Part shown: piece by piece, positions 60,997-64,000 of the stretch
Numbering within the stretch: position 1 is the first letter of the stretch
Layout: each line of letters opens with the position of its first letter
NCBI GenBank assembly: GCA_963798085.1
Contig: CAWCRS010000007.1
Coordinates: forward strand, 320,001-384,000
DNA: 64,000 nt
Direction: 5' to 3'
Source: an uncultured Gemmatimonadales bacterium
GTDB taxonomy: Bacteria > Gemmatimonadota > Gemmatimonadetes > Longimicrobiales > RSA9
Program-made: the position numbers and the translations under genes
The notes under the pieces: generated by a model
Database searches by the model: none
Told to the model about the DNA's origin: nothing
Seen by the model: only the letters and a program-made list of their open reading frames with translations

Positions 60997-62279
60997 ACGG
61001 CACGGCGGCGCTGCGCATCGGCATGTTCACCACGTTCTACCCGCCGCACAATTTCGGCGGCGACGGCATTGCGATCCAGCGGCTGGCGCGCGCACTGGGC
61101 CGGCGCGGACACGAAGTCACCGTGGTGCACGATGTGGATGCGTACAATGCACTGCACCGCGGAGCGGAGCCGGCGGATGTACCGGAACGTGATAACGTGC
61201 GTGTCATCAGGCTGCGCAGCGGCGTCGGGATTCTCTCACCGCTGGCCACGCAGCAGCTGGGACGACCGCTGGTCAACCGGCGCCGCATCCACCGGCTGAT
61301 GGCAGAGGGGAACTACGACGTCACCTTCTTCCACAACATCTCGCTGGTGGGCGGCCCCGGCCTGCTCGCGGAAGCGCGCGGCGTCTCGCTCTACGAAGCC
61401 CATGAACACTGGCTGGTGTGTCCCATGCACGTGCTCTGGCGGCACGACCGGGAACCGTGCACGGGGAGACAATGCCTGCGTTGCGCGCTGCACTTCCGCA
61501 GGCCGCCCCAGCTCTGGCGATACACCAACCTGCTGCAGCGCAACCTTCGGCACGTGCACGCGTTCATCGCCAAGAGCGAATTCAGCCGAGAGAAGCACCG
61601 CGAGTTCGGGTTTGCCCGCGACATGGAAGTGATTCCGTACTTCCTGCCGGCCGAAGCCGAATCTGCCGCGGTCACCGCGGCGCCGGGCGTCGCGATTCCG
61701 GAGCGTCCGCGCCCGTATTTCCTGTTCGTGGGAAGGCTGGAGCGGATCAAGGGTCTGGACGACGTCATTCCCGCGTTCCGTCGCTATCCCGATGCGGATC
61801 TCGTCATCGCAGGCGATGGCGAACACGGGGAAGCGCTGCGGCGGCTCGCGGACGGCGCGGACAACATCCATTTTCTGGGGCGTGTGCCGATGGCACAACT
61901 CAAGGGGCTCTACGAGCGGGCGATCGCGCTGATCGTGCCGTCCACGGGATTCGAGACGTTCGGTATCATTCTGATCGAAGCGTTCCGCCAGAGAACGCCT
62001 GTGATCGCACGTCGCATCGGGCCATTTCCGGAGATCGTCGAGGCGGCTGGGGGCGGCATGCTGTTCGGCGGACCCGACGAGCTGCTCGCCGCGATGGCGA
62101 AGCTGCAGGGAGATCCAGTACTACGTTCGACCCTGGGTCAGAGCGGGCGGGAAGGCTATGAGCAGCGCTGGACGGAGGAAGCCGTGGTGCCGCAGTACCT
62201 GGAACTCATCCGGCGGGTTGCGGAGCGCACCGGGCGCAAGCGAGTAGCGGAGGCGTTGAGCATGGAAGGTGCGGCATGA
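60993..62279 (+). CDS. Glycosyltransferase family 4 with a Cys-rich insert
   Basis: FYPPHNFGGD, HEHWLVCP...C....C..C, VGRLERIKG, ETFGIILIEA. Confidence 0.9.
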   Translation: MNGTAALRIGMFTTFYPPHNFGGDGIAIQRLARALGRRGHEVTVVHDVDAYNALHRGAEPADVPERDNVRVIRLRSGVGILSPLATQQLGRPLVNRRRIHRLMAEGNYDVTFFHNISLVGGPGLLAEARGVSLYEAHEHWLVCPMHVLWRHDREPCTGRQCLRCALHFRRPPQLWRYTNLLQRNLRHVHAFIAKSEFSREKHREFGFARDMEVIPYFLPAEAESAAVTAAPGVAIPERPRPYFLFVGRLERIKGLDDVIPAFRRYPDADLVIAGDGEHGEALRRLADGADNIHFLGRVPMAQLKGLYERAIALIVPSTGFETFGIILIEAFRQRTPVIARRIGPFPEIVEAAGGGMLFGGPDELLAAMAKLQGDPVLRSTLGQSGREGYEQRWTEEAVVPQYLELIRRVAERTGRKRVAEALSMEGAA

Positions 62280-63253
62280 AAGTGCTGATCACGGGTGGGG
62301 CGGGCTTCATCGGTTCGCACCTTGCCGAGAGGCTGCTCGCGGGTGGCATGCAGGTGCTGGCGCTGGATGATCTTTCGACCGGCGCCATGGCGAACATCGA
62401 GCATCTCATCGGGCGATCCGGCTTCGAGTACCGGGTGGGTTCCGTCCGGGATCTGCCGCTGGTGACGGAGCTCGTCGACCGCTGTGAGGTGACCGTGCAC
62501 ATGGCTGCGGCCGTGGGCGTGCGGCTGATTGTGGAACAGCCTGTGCACACGATCGAGACGAACGTGCACGGCACCGAGGTGGTCCTCAACGCGGTGGCAC
62601 GCAAGCGGAAGACGGTGTTCATCGCGTCCACATCGGAAGTGTATGGCAAGAGTACGGACACGCCGTTCCGCGAAGATGCCGACCTGGTGCTGGGGCCCAC
62701 GCTGCACTCACGCTGGGCGTACGCCTGCTCGAAGGCGCTCGACGAATGGCTGGCGCTGGCCTACGCGCGTGAGAAGCACGTGCCGGTCATTATCGCGCGT
62801 TTCTTCAATACCGTGGGTCCCAGGCAGACGGGGCGCTACGGCATGGTGCTGCCGCGCTTCGCGGCACAGGCAGTGGCCAACGAGCCGATCGAGGTGTTCG
62901 GCTCGGGAGAGCAGACACGCTGCTTCGGACACGTGCGCGACGCCGTGGAAGCAGTAGCGAGGCTCATCGTCGAGCCGCGTGCCGCCGGTCAGGTGTTCAA
63001 CATCGGTGCTGACGAGGAAGTCAGCATCAACGAGCTGGCGCGGCGGGTGCGCAATGCGGCAGGGAGCACGTCGGAGATCGTGCACATTCCTTATGATGAG
63101 GCATACGCGGAAGGCTTCGAAGACATGCCTCGGCGCAAGCCGGACGTGAGCAAGCTGGAGCGCATCATCGGATTCCGGCCGCGCATATCGCTGCAGCAGA
63201 TCATCGAAGACGTGCTGGCCGACGTGCGCTCGCGCTCGGGCGTAGCGGTCTGA
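62276..63253 (+). CDS. NAD-dependent epimerase/dehydratase (extended SDR)
   Basis: TGGAGFIGS, STSEVYG, YACSK, FFNTVGPRQ. Confidence 0.93.
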   Translation: MKVLITGGAGFIGSHLAERLLAGGMQVLALDDLSTGAMANIEHLIGRSGFEYRVGSVRDLPLVTELVDRCEVTVHMAAAVGVRLIVEQPVHTIETNVHGTEVVLNAVARKRKTVFIASTSEVYGKSTDTPFREDADLVLGPTLHSRWAYACSKALDEWLALAYAREKHVPVIIARFFNTVGPRQTGRYGMVLPRFAAQAVANEPIEVFGSGEQTRCFGHVRDAVEAVARLIVEPRAAGQVFNIGADEEVSINELARRVRNAAGSTSEIVHIPYDEAYAEGFEDMPRRKPDVSKLERIIGFRPRISLQQIIEDVLADVRSRSGVAV

Positions 63254-63332
63254 TGTCGTATTGCTGGCGAGAGACGGGCGGGAGGCCGGTGGTGGCGGCT
63301 ACGGCAACAGAGGCGGGGAAAGGCAGGAACGC

Positions 63333-63731
63333 ATGATCCAGGGAACGGAACCAATGGGCGCGACCGGCGAGGACGCGCTCGACCTGGAGCTGACACGCGA
63401 ACTGCAGCTGGCCTTCGCGCCTCTGCACAAACGCGCATTCGGCGTCGCGGTTGGCACGGCGCTGGCGCTGCTGGTGGCCGCGATCACGCTGTTCCACGTC
63501 GTGATCGACCCGGAGGACAAGCGCTACATCTCACTGCTCGCGCAATACTTCTACGGCTATCGCGTGACGTGGACGGGTGCTTTCGTGGGCTCCTTCTGGG
63601 GCTTCATCGTAGGCTTCGTGCTGGGCTGGTTTTCCGCGTTCTGCCGCAACCTGGCGATCGCGATATCGGTTTTCGTGACGCGAACGCGCGCGGAGCTGGG
63701 TGAGACGCGCGATTTTCTGGACCACATCTGA
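63333..63731 (+). CDS. Small membrane protein
   Basis: Hydrophobic helices flanking LLAQYFYGYRVT. Confidence 0.7.
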   Translation: MIQGTEPMGATGEDALDLELTRELQLAFAPLHKRAFGVAVGTALALLVAAITLFHVVIDPEDKRYISLLAQYFYGYRVTWTGAFVGSFWGFIVGFVLGWFSAFCRNLAIAISVFVTRTRAELGETRDFLDHI

Positions 63732-63753
63732 GCATCGGACGGAGAAACCCGGC

Positions 63754-64000
63754 ATGACGACGCGGAGTGAGGACAGCGTTCAACTGGCGATTCGCCGGCT
63801 GAATGCCCGGGCCTGGGGCATGTCGCTCGGGCTGGTGCTGGGACTGGGGCTGCTGGTGGCCACCAATTTCCTGGTACTCAAGGGTGGTGAGAATGTCGGC
63901 GCGCATCTGCGTCTGCTCTCCAATTACTTCCCCGGCTATCGCGTCACCTTCCTCGGCAGTCTGGTCGGATTCGTGTACGCGTTCGTGCTCGGCTATGGCC
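63754..64000 (+). CDS. Small membrane protein, paralog of 63333-63731 (3' truncated by window)
   Basis: Translated by hand: MTTRSEDSVQLAIRRLNARAWGMSLGLVLG...LLSNYFPGYRVTFLGSLVGF. Confidence 0.7.
   Translation, partial: MTTRSEDSVQLAIRRLNARAWGMSLGLVLGLGLLVATNFLVLKGGENVGAHLRLLSNYFPGYRVTFLGSLVGFVYAFVLGYG

Noticed and set aside
1..64000. tRNA, rRNA, transposase, integrase or prophage genes
   Set aside because: None recognised by eye.

Overview
High-GC bacterial DNA with a gene repertoire typical of Gemmatimonadota (inference). About 15 single-base frameshifts suggest an unpolished long-read assembly. The left part (1-17.8 kb) has a Ser/Thr kinase-TPR gene, thioredoxin, an MFS transporter, a hydrolase, a vWA protein, a proline-racemase-family enzyme and transketolase. 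It also has a four-gene operon joining an IorAB-type molybdoenzyme to a membrane protein with PmoC/AmoC-like CuC and CuD ligand spacing and a partner with PmoB-like topology. The right part (17.9-64 kb) is a large Wzy-type exopolysaccharide/PEP-CTERM locus: wza, wzc, a priming transferase, exosortase/EpsI, a PEP-CTERM protein, a sigma54 regulator and kinase, many glycosyltransferases, an FkbH-ACP cassette and nucleotide-sugar enzymes. Inside it, a GEMM-I riboswitch with the A20 (3',3'-cGAMP-type) signature and an overlapping terminator precedes three tandem lipoproteins sharing an unrecognised ~400-aa helical domain. All calls were made by eye from motifs; no searches were run.
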